Source: Syntrophaceae bacterium
Lineage (GTDB): Bacteria; Desulfobacterota; Syntrophia; Syntrophales; Smithellaceae
Direction: 5' to 3'
Length of the DNA stretch: 64,000 nt
Assembly: GCA_018056765.1 (NCBI GenBank)
Contig: JAGPFA010000003.1
Span: 5,821 to 69,820, forward strand
Positions 9,073 through 17,830 of the stretch are shown in pieces. The notes below the pieces were generated by a model, which had not been told where the DNA came from, ran no database searches, and saw only the letters and a program-made list of their open reading frames with translations. The number at the start of each line of letters is the position of its first letter. The stretch's first letter is position 1. The position numbers and the translations under genes were made by a program.

Positions 9073-9834
9073 ATGGGTATCAATTTTAATTTATCAGGCA
9101 AAACAGCCATTGTGACCGGCGGGGGTAAAGGTATCGGCCGGGTGATCGCTCTGGGGCTGGCTAAAGCCGGTGCCAATGTGGTTGTGTGCAGCCGGACAAA
9201 AGCGGAAATCGACGCCGTCGCGGAGGAAATCCGCAAACAAGGTGGCAGGGCCCTTTCCGTAGTGACGGATATCATGATTAATGAGCAGCTCGAAAATCTG
9301 GTCGGAGCGGCAATCTCCGAGTTTGGCCGCATTGACATCCTCGTCAACAATGCCGCGCGCAGCTACTTAAGGGGGCTTCTGGATTTACGCGAGGACGGCT
9401 GGGATAAAATATTTCACACCAACGTCAAGGCGGTCTGGCTGCTGAGCCGCATGGTCGTCCCAAAGATGATCGAGCAAAAGGGCGGAAGAATAATCAATAT
9501 CACCACGGTGGGAGCGGACAAGGCCGAAGCCGGGATGTCCGCCTACGGAGCGAGCAAGGCCGCACTCAAACATCTGACCCGTTCCATGGCCAAGGAGTGG
9601 GCGCAGCTGGGAATAAACGTCAACGCGGTCGCCCCCGGTTTTACGCGTACCGATTTCAGCAAGCCCATCTGGTCAAGTCCGGAGCTCGAGCAGGTCATCT
9701 CCAAGCTCATTCCCAAGGGCAAAATCGCCGAACCGGAAGATATTGTCGGCGCCGTGCTGTTTCTGGCCTCGGAGGCCGCCTCGTACATCACCGGCATCAC
9801 CATTTATGTGGACGGCGGCACCATGACCGCCTGA
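9073..9834 (+). CDS. Short-chain dehydrogenase/reductase (FabG-like SDR)
   Basis: ATG at 9073 after AAGGAGGG. TGGGKGIGR cofactor motif, NNAA, catalytic YGASKAAL. The listed TTG at 9028 is less likely. Confidence 0.9.
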   Translation: MGINFNLSGKTAIVTGGGKGIGRVIALGLAKAGANVVVCSRTKAEIDAVAEEIRKQGGRALSVVTDIMINEQLENLVGAAISEFGRIDILVNNAARSYLRGLLDLREDGWDKIFHTNVKAVWLLSRMVVPKMIEQKGGRIINITTVGADKAEAGMSAYGASKAALKHLTRSMAKEWAQLGINVNAVAPGFTRTDFSKPIWSSPELEQVISKLIPKGKIAEPEDIVGAVLFLASEAASYITGITIYVDGGTMTA

Positions 9835-9855
9835 TACCCACCGCGGAGGCCATCT

Positions 9856-11835
9856 ATGAGTGAAAAACATATTGTCAGTCCTGTTATCGCCGACATCCGC
9901 GCCGGCATGAAGCGCGGCAAGATCGTCTCTCTGGACGACGCCATCCGGGTCATCCGTGATGGCGATACGCTGGCCATCGACGGTTTCGTGGGCTACTCGC
10001 CCGAAGAGCTTCTCGAGGGGCTGGAGCAGAGGTTCCTGAAAACAGGCGAGCCGAAAAATCTGACTTTGATTTTCGCCGCCGGCATCGGTGACAGCCGGGA
10101 AAAAGGCATGACCAGGCTCGCCCATGACGGCCTCATCAGGCGGGTGATTGCCGGACACCTGGGGCTGGCGCCTGGCCTGCAGAAACTGGCACTGGCGGGA
10201 AAAATCGAATGCTATAATTTTCCGCAGGGTGTGATCACGCACATGTACCGTGATGTCGCCAAACACCATCCACGCACTATTTCCGCGGTCGGCCTGGGAA
10301 CCTATGTAGACCCGCGTCTCGGCGGCGGCAAGGTCAATGCCGCAACAACGGAAGACATGGTTGAGCTCATCACTTTTGACGGCCGGGAATATCTGGCCTA
10401 CAAAACCACACCGATCAATGTGGCGTTCCTCAGGGGCACGACGGCGGATATGGACGGCAATATCACGATGGAAAAAGAGCCGCTGGTACTGGAGGTACTG
10501 CCGCTGGCGATGGCGGCGAAAAACTCGGGCGGTTTTGTAATCGTTCAGGTGGAAAGAATCGCCGACCGCCACGCTCTCAATCCCCGGCAGGTGAAGATCC
10601 CCGGCATCCTGGTGGACTGCGTCGTCGTGGCCAAGCCGGAAAATCACTGGCAGACGTTCGGCACTCCCTATAACCCGGCCTTCAGCGGTGAGCTCAAAAT
10701 TCCGTCCGCCAGTGTGGAGCCGTTGCCGATGGATGAGCGCAAAATCATCGCGCGGCGCGCCGCTTTTGAGCTCCGCCCCAACATGGTGGTCAATCTGGGC
10801 ATCGGCGTGCCGGAAGGGCTGGCCGGTGTAGCCAATGAAGAGGGCATCTTCGACTATCTCACGCTGACGGCGGAAGCAGGCACAATCGGCGGCATCCCGT
10901 CGGGAGGCATCAACTTCGGCACGGCCACCAACATGGACTGCCTCATCAGCATGCACCAGCAGTTTGATTTCTACGACGGAGGGGGGCTCGACCTGGCCTG
11001 CCTGGGGCTGGCGCAGATGGATGCCCGGGGCAACGTCAATGTCAGCCGCTTCGGCACCAAACTGGCCGGTTGTGGCGGTTTTATCGATATTTCGCAAAAC
11101 GCAAAAAAAATCGTTTTTGCCGGCACATTCACCTCCGGAGGTCTGGAGGTCGGAATACAGGACGCCCGGCTCCATATCGTCCGTGAAGGGTCGGTGAAAA
11201 AAATAATCAAGGCTGTTGAACAGATCACCTTCAGCGGCGAAACGGCCCGCCGGGGCAATCAACTTATCTATTACGTCACGGAAAGGTGTGTCTTTCAGCT
11301 CAGGCCGGAAGGGGTGGAGCTCATCGAGATCGCTCCGGGCATCGACCTGGAAAAAGACATTCTGGGGCAGATGGATTTTCAACCGATAGTTAAAAACCCG
11401 CAGTTGATGGACGAGAGGATTTTCAAGCCGGTTCCGATGGGTCTGAAAGACGATCTTTTGAGCATCCCCATCGAAGAGCGCCTGAGCTATGACCCGGCCA
11501 CCAATATTTTCTATGTGAATTTCGAGGGACTGGCCGTCAAAACGAAAAACGATATCGACACGATTCGTACACGCGTCTCGGAGATCTGCCGGCCGCTGGG
11601 CAGGCGCGTGAAGACGATCGTCAACTACGACAACTTTTCCATCGTGCCCGAGCTGGAGGACGAATACATTAAAATGGTTCAGTTTGTCGTCTCTGAATAT
11701 TACAGTGACGTGACGCGCTACACCACCAGCGCTTTTTTGAGAATGAAACTGGGCGACGAGCTGAAGAAGCGCAATCTCGCCCCGCATATTTTTCAATCCA
11801 AGGAAGAGGCGCGGCTGGCGTTGGAGAAAAAATAA
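9856..11835 (+). CDS. Family I acyl-CoA:acetate/3-ketoacid CoA-transferase (YdiF/Pct-like, long form)
   Basis: 659-aa ORF with GGAGG Shine-Dalgarno, 22 nt after the SDR stop. Fused alpha/beta CoA-transferase halves recognised from overall resemblance (GFVGYSPEELLE, LGIGVPEGLA, EAGTIGGIPSGG). Confidence 0.75.
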   Translation: MSEKHIVSPVIADIRAGMKRGKIVSLDDAIRVIRDGDTLAIDGFVGYSPEELLEGLEQRFLKTGEPKNLTLIFAAGIGDSREKGMTRLAHDGLIRRVIAGHLGLAPGLQKLALAGKIECYNFPQGVITHMYRDVAKHHPRTISAVGLGTYVDPRLGGGKVNAATTEDMVELITFDGREYLAYKTTPINVAFLRGTTADMDGNITMEKEPLVLEVLPLAMAAKNSGGFVIVQVERIADRHALNPRQVKIPGILVDCVVVAKPENHWQTFGTPYNPAFSGELKIPSASVEPLPMDERKIIARRAAFELRPNMVVNLGIGVPEGLAGVANEEGIFDYLTLTAEAGTIGGIPSGGINFGTATNMDCLISMHQQFDFYDGGGLDLACLGLAQMDARGNVNVSRFGTKLAGCGGFIDISQNAKKIVFAGTFTSGGLEVGIQDARLHIVREGSVKKIIKAVEQITFSGETARRGNQLIYYVTERCVFQLRPEGVELIEIAPGIDLEKDILGQMDFQPIVKNPQLMDERIFKPVPMGLKDDLLSIPIEERLSYDPATNIFYVNFEGLAVKTKNDIDTIRTRVSEICRPLGRRVKTIVNYDNFSIVPELEDEYIKMVQFVVSEYYSDVTRYTTSAFLRMKLGDELKKRNLAPHIFQSKEEARLALEKK

Positions 11836-11860
11836 AAAGGCTGAAGTATGGAAAAACAGA

Positions 11861-11885
11861 GCGGGCCGAAAGGCCTGCTTTTTTT
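11861..11885 (+). terminator. Rho-independent terminator of the SDR/CoA-transferase operon
   Basis: GCGGGCC-GAAA-GGCCTGC gives a 7-bp stem with a tetraloop, followed by seven T. It begins 26 nt after the stop. Confidence 0.7.
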
Positions 11886-11949
11886 GTCCCGTGAACACTT
11901 GCCTGTGCCGGAGAGAGACGTTTACATAACCACATAAAAACAACAATAT

Positions 11950-12052
11950 TGTCATTCCCGCTGGTTGCTCGGCCTGTCGAAACAGGCGGGAATCCAGTTA
12001 TTTCAAAGCTTTCTGGATGCCGGCCCCCCGATTTCGCGCGGGCATGACGAAT
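11950..12052. repeat. Mosaic intergenic repeat cluster 4
   Basis: GTCATTCCCGC...GCGGGAATCCAG hairpin word, GCTCGGCCTGTCGAA word (compare 1953 and 24226), and TGGATGCCGGCCCCCCGATTTCGCGCGGGCATGACG, which matches 8671-8700. Confidence 0.6.
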
Positions 12053-12131
12053 AAGATTAGTTTTTCAAAGCTTTTGGAGATTAGCACCTGCATCAGCGGC
12101 GCCTCCATCCTCGCACAACTCACCACCATGT

Positions 12132-13460
12132 TCAGGAAAAATATTTTTTGGCGATACCGCGTGCGGCGATAAGGCCGGAGATGCCCGCGCCGACAATGCC
12201 GCGGCTTTTGCCTGTGCCGTCGCCCGCCACGAAAATACGCGGCACATTCGTCTCCAGATGCTCATCGGCCGGGAAATGGGTGTCGAAAAATTTAATTTCC
12301 GGCGCATAAAGCAGCGTGGATGGGTGCAGGATGCCGGGTACGATCTTATCCATTTTCTTTAGCGACTCCCACAGGTTGTCGATGATACGTGCGGGCATGC
12401 CCAGCGCTATGTCTCCCGGTGTGGCGCGGCAGGTGGCCCGGCACATGCCGAAATGGCGGGTCTTGCTCATGAAAGTTGCCGTAGAGCTTCTGCGCCCTTC
12501 CCGGAAATCCCCCACCCGCTGGACAATGGGTCTGCCGCCTCCAAGCAGGAAAAACTGTTTGGCGATCATCTGGCCGAATTCCGTGGTATCGGAAAAAGGT
12601 TCGGTCAGGGCGATGGTGTTCAGGAGCGCGAAATTCGTGTTGTCTGTTTTCTTTCCGGCCAGCGCATCACCGTTAACCAGCTTGAAGCTGTTGTAGTCTT
12701 CCGTGCGCACGCGGCCGCCCGGATTGGTGCAAAAGGTGCGCACCCGGTCGCCGTGGCGCGCCGTACGGAAAATGAACTTCGGGTCATAGACAATGTCCGT
12801 CACTTCGTCATAGAATTTCCGGTTCAATTCAATACGGATGCCGACGTCGATGGGTCCGAAGTTATGGGTTACACCGATGGCTCCGGCGACATCACGAAAC
12901 CAGTAGGCGCCGCTGCGGCCCGGCGCAGCCAGCACCACACGGGCGGCAAGGTCAAGTGTTTGTTTGTCCCGGAGGCACGAAACGCTCCAGGTTCGGTCAT
13001 CGCGTGCGGCAAGGGATACAACTTCCGTCCCCAGCAGTAATTTTGTCTTTGTCAGTCCGCCGCGCAGATAATCCACCACCGCCCGGCCGTTGTCCGTACC
13101 CCAATGCCATTGCTCCGGCGCGACAAATTCCGCCTCGTGTTCGCGGGCAACACTGTCGAGCTCCTCGATTTTTTCGTGGCGGTCGGTGAAAGTGACCTGG
13201 CGGCAACCGGGAAAACCAATGAAGACCTCTCTTATCTCCGCCATCAGACGGCCGGCTGCCTCCAGGCTGAGCTTAAGCTCCGCCGGGTCAATGCCCACAC
13301 GGCAGTCAAAATTAAGTTTTCCGTCATTGAGGAGGCCGCCTGCCGGATATGGGTGCCGGTCGATAACGGCAATTCCCTCCACACCGAGGCGTTCGAGCTC
13401 CCGAGCGGCAAAGAGACCGGCCGGGCCGGATCCGATAATGATGACCTGATACTCTTTCAT
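12132..13460 (-). CDS. FAD-dependent oxidoreductase (uncharacterised COG2509-like dehydrogenase)
   Basis: 442 aa. N-terminal Rossmann motif VIIIGSGPAGLFAARELE and C-terminal FVAGDGTGKSRGIVGAGISG. Confidence 0.7.
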   Translation of the reverse strand: MKEYQVIIIGSGPAGLFAARELERLGVEGIAVIDRHPYPAGGLLNDGKLNFDCRVGIDPAELKLSLEAAGRLMAEIREVFIGFPGCRQVTFTDRHEKIEELDSVAREHEAEFVAPEQWHWGTDNGRAVVDYLRGGLTKTKLLLGTEVVSLAARDDRTWSVSCLRDKQTLDLAARVVLAAPGRSGAYWFRDVAGAIGVTHNFGPIDVGIRIELNRKFYDEVTDIVYDPKFIFRTARHGDRVRTFCTNPGGRVRTEDYNSFKLVNGDALAGKKTDNTNFALLNTIALTEPFSDTTEFGQMIAKQFFLLGGGRPIVQRVGDFREGRRSSTATFMSKTRHFGMCRATCRATPGDIALGMPARIIDNLWESLKKMDKIVPGILHPSTLLYAPEIKFFDTHFPADEHLETNVPRIFVAGDGTGKSRGIVGAGISGLIAARGIAKKYFS

Positions 13461-13679
13461 AGGCTACCGACTTTCTGGTAAATATTTGTAGCATACTTGA
13501 GTGTCAGATTGCCATGCCAAATCCGCGACTGACCGACTTGTGCGTTAACCTTACCTCTGTTTTGCAACTTTTTTCTCAGGCTGTCATCACTAAACTACAG
13601 CCCCGGCGGGGTGAATTTCTTCATTGAATAGGGGGACAAACTGTGATTATTTACCCAAAAATCCCGAAGGACACCGCGC

Positions 13680-15275
13680 ATGAAACAAAACTCCAAAACC
13701 CAGGTTCTTGACTTTAATGAAGGGTTCCGCCGCGCGTGGGAATTGATGGAGAAAACCTCCACCAATCTTTTGGTCACGGGGCGAGCCGGTACGGGGAAAT
13801 CAACATTGCTATCCTATTTCCGGGATCACACGAAAAAAAACACGGTGGTGCTGGCACCGACGGGCGTTGCTGCCGTGAATGTCGAAGGTCAGACCATACA
13901 CTCTTTTTTCCGCTTCAAGCCCAATGTGACGCCTGCCGCCATCAAAAGAAAAAAGAAAACACCAAGCTCCGTGCCCACGATATACAAAAAACTCGACACT
14001 ATCGTGATCGATGAAATATCCATGGTGCGCGCGGACCTGTTGGACTGCATCGACAAATTCCTGCGTTTCAACGGCCCGGACGAGACAAAGCCCTGCGGCG
14101 GCGTCCAGATGATCTTTATCGGAGATCTGTACCAGTTGCCGCCGGTGGTTGCCTCCGCCGAGCGCGACATTTTTAAAACCCACTACGCCGCACCTTATTT
14201 TTTCGGAGCGAAATGTTTTGACAAACTCAATATGGAGTACGTCGAGCTGGAAAAGGTCTACCGGCAAAAAGATGACGAATTCGTCCGTCTGCTCAACAGC
14301 GTACGCAACCGCTCCGCGACCGAAGATGATCTGGCCCTCTTCAATACGCGCTGCGACCCTGATTTTGAGGAGCCGGAAGGGAAGTTCTATATCCGGCTTA
14401 CCTCGACCAACCGACTGGCCGATGACGTAAATGAGCGGCGGCTGGCCCAACTGCCGGGGCGCGTCTGGAAGGCCACCGGCGCAATCGAGGGAGATTTCGG
14501 TAACGAAGCTTTGCCGACGGCCCTGGAGTTGAAGTTGAAAAAGGGTGCGCAGATCATGCTTCTCAACAATGACCAGGCCGGCGGCTGGATTAACGGTACG
14601 ATCGGCAAAATACGGAAATTCGAAACCACCGGCAACGGGGAAGATGCAATTGTGGCCGATCTGGACAACGGCGAAAGAGCGCACATCCTCCCCTATACAT
14701 GGAAGATCTATCGCTACTTCCTCAATAAAGACGAGATCCGCTCCGAAGAGGTCGGCTCTTTCCGCCAGTACCCGGTGAGGCTGGCCTTTGCGGTGACCAT
14801 CCACAAGAGCCAGGGGAAAACCTTTGAAAATGTGCTGATCGATGTCGGCAGGGGGACTTTCGCCCACGGCCAGATGTATGTCGCGCTTTCACGCTGCACG
14901 ACGCTGGGCGGCATCGTTTTGAAGCAGCCGCTGAAAAAAAGCCACATTATGATGGATTGGCAGGTCGTTAAATTTCTCACCGGCCTGCAATATGCGCAGG
15001 CCGCCCGCAGCTTGAGCAGGGAGGAAAAAATCAAAATGCTCCGTGAGGCGATCACCGAAAACAGGGATATTGAAATTTGTTACCTCAAGGCCAAAGACGA
15101 AAAATCACGCCGCGTGGTCAGGCCTATTACGATGGGCGAAATGCAATACAACGGCCATCCGTTCCTGGGCCTGGTCGCCCTGTGTTCGGCGCGCAAGTCA
15201 AAGCGCACCTTCAATGTGGACAAAATCCTGACCATCTGCGACCCGTCACCGGAGACAGACGACATCATCGCCTGA
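13680..15275 (+). CDS. Pif1/RecD-family SF1B helicase with WYL-like C-terminal domain
   Basis: Walker A GRAGTGKST, VLAPTGVAAVN, Walker B IVIDEISMV, IFIGDLYQLPPV, AVTIHKSQGKTF. The C-terminal ~80 aa (DIEICYLKAKDEKSRRVVRPI...FLGLVALCSARKSKRTFNVDKI) follow a WYL-domain pattern. Confidence 0.8.
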   Translation: MKQNSKTQVLDFNEGFRRAWELMEKTSTNLLVTGRAGTGKSTLLSYFRDHTKKNTVVLAPTGVAAVNVEGQTIHSFFRFKPNVTPAAIKRKKKTPSSVPTIYKKLDTIVIDEISMVRADLLDCIDKFLRFNGPDETKPCGGVQMIFIGDLYQLPPVVASAERDIFKTHYAAPYFFGAKCFDKLNMEYVELEKVYRQKDDEFVRLLNSVRNRSATEDDLALFNTRCDPDFEEPEGKFYIRLTSTNRLADDVNERRLAQLPGRVWKATGAIEGDFGNEALPTALELKLKKGAQIMLLNNDQAGGWINGTIGKIRKFETTGNGEDAIVADLDNGERAHILPYTWKIYRYFLNKDEIRSEEVGSFRQYPVRLAFAVTIHKSQGKTFENVLIDVGRGTFAHGQMYVALSRCTTLGGIVLKQPLKKSHIMMDWQVVKFLTGLQYAQAARSLSREEKIKMLREAITENRDIEICYLKAKDEKSRRVVRPITMGEMQYNGHPFLGLVALCSARKSKRTFNVDKILTICDPSPETDDIIA

Positions 15276-15326
15276 TGAGATTGTCTTTTACAGTCTGGCG
15301 GACGGCGCACAGCCAGCCTGTCCTGA

Positions 15327-16310
15327 TCAAAGATCAATGGGCGCACAGAAGCGTCTGATTTCCCGGAGGAGATTTCTGAAACCCGGGGCGGACAGGTTTA
15401 CATTTATTGATTTTTTTTTACCTTGATCCTGCTGGATAGTCATGTGCCCGGAAATAAATGCTGAGGACAGGTCGTCTGCCAGCTTTTGTTTGAGGGGAAG
15501 CTTCCCGTGTGCGTATTTATCACGCCCCTGAATAAGCACCGGATTGGTGTTTATTTCCCATACCTGGATTTTCCCGTCTTTAAGGCCGTAATCGATTCGG
15601 CCATACCCGATGTTCGCCATACGGAAAATGTTCATCAGTTCCTCGCGGTGCGGATTGTTTTCCAGATAATATTTTTCCTCATCACGCAGCTCCTCAGGAG
15701 GCATGTCCTTTGTAACCCAATCGCGGGAGTGGATTATGTGAGCGGGAACAATTGCCTCACCTATCCGGAATGCCGCATATTTGTAAAACAAGTCGTCCCC
15801 GGCGCGGGTATCACAAAATTCTGCGACCATCAACTCAGACAAATCCGCACCTTCCTCCTGGAGCCGGTGCAACTCTTTGCCGAAGGATTCCTCATCACCG
15901 ATAAGCGGCGTCAACGATCCGGAATGGTCATCTGTTCGTCTTATGAACACCGGGTATCGTACCTTGTCGTATCTGTAATTTATACGAAAGACGCGGTACT
16001 CATTTATCCCTTTTTCCCAAAGGAGAGTCAAGAGCTGATAGCGGGTAAGGACTTGTGCGGGATGGTTATAAATGGCCTTTTCACCAAATTGCCGGGCAAT
16101 ATCGTCGCAAAGCCGCAGAGCCATTTCACGTTGAGTAGCGGTCAATCGGTCGATATCCGAAAAGATAAACAGTCCGGCATGTATTTTCCTAAGGCGGTGG
16201 ATTTTTTCATAAGGCACAAGACGGATGAATCGGGCCGCCTCGTGTTCCCATATGCGTAAAAAAGGGGTAACAGTATAGGTATGAAAGGCTGAAATAAAAA
16301 TATTGATCAA
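15327..16310 (-). CDS. Hypothetical protein, ATP-grasp-like
   Basis: 327 aa. TTG start overlaps the upstream stop (TTGA). C-terminal GYGRIDYGLKDGKIQVWEINTNP resembles the ATP-grasp Mg/ATP-binding E-x-N motif. No closer family was recognised. Confidence 0.45.
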   Translation of the reverse strand: MINIFISAFHTYTVTPFLRIWEHEAARFIRLVPYEKIHRLRKIHAGLFIFSDIDRLTATQREMALRLCDDIARQFGEKAIYNHPAQVLTRYQLLTLLWEKGINEYRVFRINYRYDKVRYPVFIRRTDDHSGSLTPLIGDEESFGKELHRLQEEGADLSELMVAEFCDTRAGDDLFYKYAAFRIGEAIVPAHIIHSRDWVTKDMPPEELRDEEKYYLENNPHREELMNIFRMANIGYGRIDYGLKDGKIQVWEINTNPVLIQGRDKYAHGKLPLKQKLADDLSSAFISGHMTIQQDQGKKKSINVNLSAPGFRNLLREIRRFCAPIDL

Positions 16311-16708
16311 AGCGTTATTAATTCCTTTTGTTCGTAAGTAAGATTGTAAATCAGCCAGCCACGTTCATCGCTGCACAGGGTCAGAATGTCCACGCCCTTA
16401 CGAATCTCATGGTCGGTCGTCAGTACATAATCGGCCGAAAGAATGGCGACGCTGCCATATATCCTTATTTCCAGTTTGTGCCAAGTCTCCAAAAAGGTGG
16501 CATTTTCAGCGGCATACTCGCGCTGCTCGTCCATGACGTCCATAATGTTCATACATGAGACCGGTCTGCCTTTTTCCGCCTTTACGAGTATGGCCCTTCC
16601 ATCGAAAAGCTCAAGCCACTCGTCGAATCTTTTTTCAGAAAATAGCTTGGGGTATAGGTACGCGATTCGCTCCGGTGTCAGGGGGAGCAAACTCTGCGTC
16701 TGTTCCAT
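16307..16708 (-). CDS. NTF2-like (SnoaL/DUF4440-type) small protein
   Basis: 133 aa with AAAGGAGG Shine-Dalgarno before the ATG at 16708. The size and the pattern of alternating aromatic and hydrophobic residues are typical of the NTF2 fold. This is a weak call. Confidence 0.45.
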   Translation of the reverse strand: MEQTQSLLPLTPERIAYLYPKLFSEKRFDEWLELFDGRAILVKAEKGRPVSCMNIMDVMDEQREYAAENATFLETWHKLEIRIYGSVAILSADYVLTTDHEIRKGVDILTLCSDERGWLIYNLTYEQKELITL

Positions 16709-16743
16709 AAAAACCTCCTTTGTGATTATTCTTCTCTTCAGGA

Positions 16744-16772
16744 ACTATAAGCGACCGGTATAACTATGTCAA
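16744..16772 (-). promoter_or_regulatory. Near-consensus sigma70 promoter for the NTF2-like/ATP-grasp operon
   Basis: On the minus strand: TTGACA (16772-16767), 17 nt, TATAGT (16749-16744), about 35 nt upstream of the ATG at 16708. Confidence 0.5.
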
Positions 16773-17069
16773 TTATGACAATAGCTTTCACGTGGGCTGA
16801 GCGTAAATGTTGCAGGCGGATTGAAAGGCCGGATTGCGAACCTCAAAACGCGCCAAGGTCGCCTATACCCACCTGGCAACTCACTCTTCTTCCGGAACAC
16901 ATAGCGCTGGGCTTCTACCGAAGAAAAAATTTAACGAAAAACCGGATCAGGATACAAAATCAAAAAGTAACCGCCGTATGCCCGTCATTGAAAGCCGCCT
17001 GCGCGGCTGTATCGTGATTTGGGTGACGGGAGTGTCCCCACTGAAATGAGAGAGTTACTCCGCACGGAG

Positions 17070-17657
17070 TTACACCTTATATTTTCTGACGGAGGCGATG
17101 ACTACGCCGCCGATTTTGAGCTCGTGGGACGGGTGAATGGAGCGGTAGGCGGGGTTGGCCGCTTCCAGACTTACCTTGTCGGCCCGGCGGCGAAAGTATT
17201 TCATCGTCCACTGGCCGTCCACCTCGGCCAGAACAATGTCACCGTTTTGGGGATCGCGGCTTTGATCGACCACAACAAGGTCTCCTTCCATAATGCCCGC
17301 CTGCGACATGGAATCGCCCGTGACACGAAGCAGAAAAGAGGACTCCGGCTTTTCCACAAGATATTCATCCATCGAGACCATATCGCGGGCGCTTTCTTCG
17401 GCCGCCACCGGCAGCCCTGCTGCAACAGTGCCGACCAGCGGAATTCCCGAAGACAAAGACGTAAGCCTCAGGTAGCCCCGCTCGTCCTTCTCCAGAATCC
17501 CGCCTTCGATGAGTTTGTCTATCCAATAGGAAACGACGCTTTTGGAGCGGACGCCGAACAGTTCCATCATCTCGGCATAAGACGGCATGCGCCTGTGCCT
17601 ACGGTAAAAGTCGGCAAGGCTTTGCCCCAGTGTTTTTGTGTTGCGCACCTTTTTCAT
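17070..17657 (-). CDS. lexA: LexA repressor
   Basis: Cleavage site VAAGLP (Ala-Gly), catalytic GDSMSQAG (Ser) and VIASVRKY (Lys), N-terminal winged-helix region. ATG at 17657 is preferred over the listed 17744. Confidence 0.9.
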   Translation of the reverse strand: MKKVRNTKTLGQSLADFYRRHRRMPSYAEMMELFGVRSKSVVSYWIDKLIEGGILEKDERGYLRLTSLSSGIPLVGTVAAGLPVAAEESARDMVSMDEYLVEKPESSFLLRVTGDSMSQAGIMEGDLVVVDQSRDPQNGDIVLAEVDGQWTMKYFRRRADKVSLEAANPAYRSIHPSHELKIGGVVIASVRKYKV

Positions 17658-17672
17658 GTCTTTCCTTGTATG

Positions 17673-17684
17673 GAACGTGTGTTC
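17673..17684. promoter_or_regulatory. Candidate SOS (LexA) box, GAAC-N4-GTTC type
   Basis: Palindrome GAACGTGTGTTC lies 16 nt upstream of the lexA ATG, with a TTGACA hexamer (17693-17688, minus strand) 3 nt further upstream. Confidence 0.5.
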
Positions 17685-17830
17685 TATTGTCAAGCAGTTT
17701 TTTAAGTCTCTGGCCATCAGTGGCCGTCTATTGCAGGCGGCCACTGACTTCGGGCTGAGACCTTCAGGCGGGAATGTTAATCGTCTTCCATAGTGGTCGT
17801 TTTCGGGCGGTCATCTGGCGAGGGGGAATT

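Noticed and set aside
9673-11955. A 760-aa minus-strand ORF, the longest antisense ORF in the window.
   Set aside because: It lies exactly antisense to the well-supported SDR and CoA-transferase genes. It is Arg/His/Gly/Asp-rich with no motifs, no Shine-Dalgarno and no plausible domain. This is a typical shadow ORF of a GC-rich coding region.
13809-14867. A 352-aa antisense ORF inside the Pif1 helicase gene. Similar long antisense ORFs occur at 2463-3500, 15486-16259, 20173-21033, 34221-34946, 35874-36665, 45285-46118 and 55448-56266.
   Set aside because: Each overlaps a motif-supported gene on the other strand and shows no motifs or translation signals of its own.
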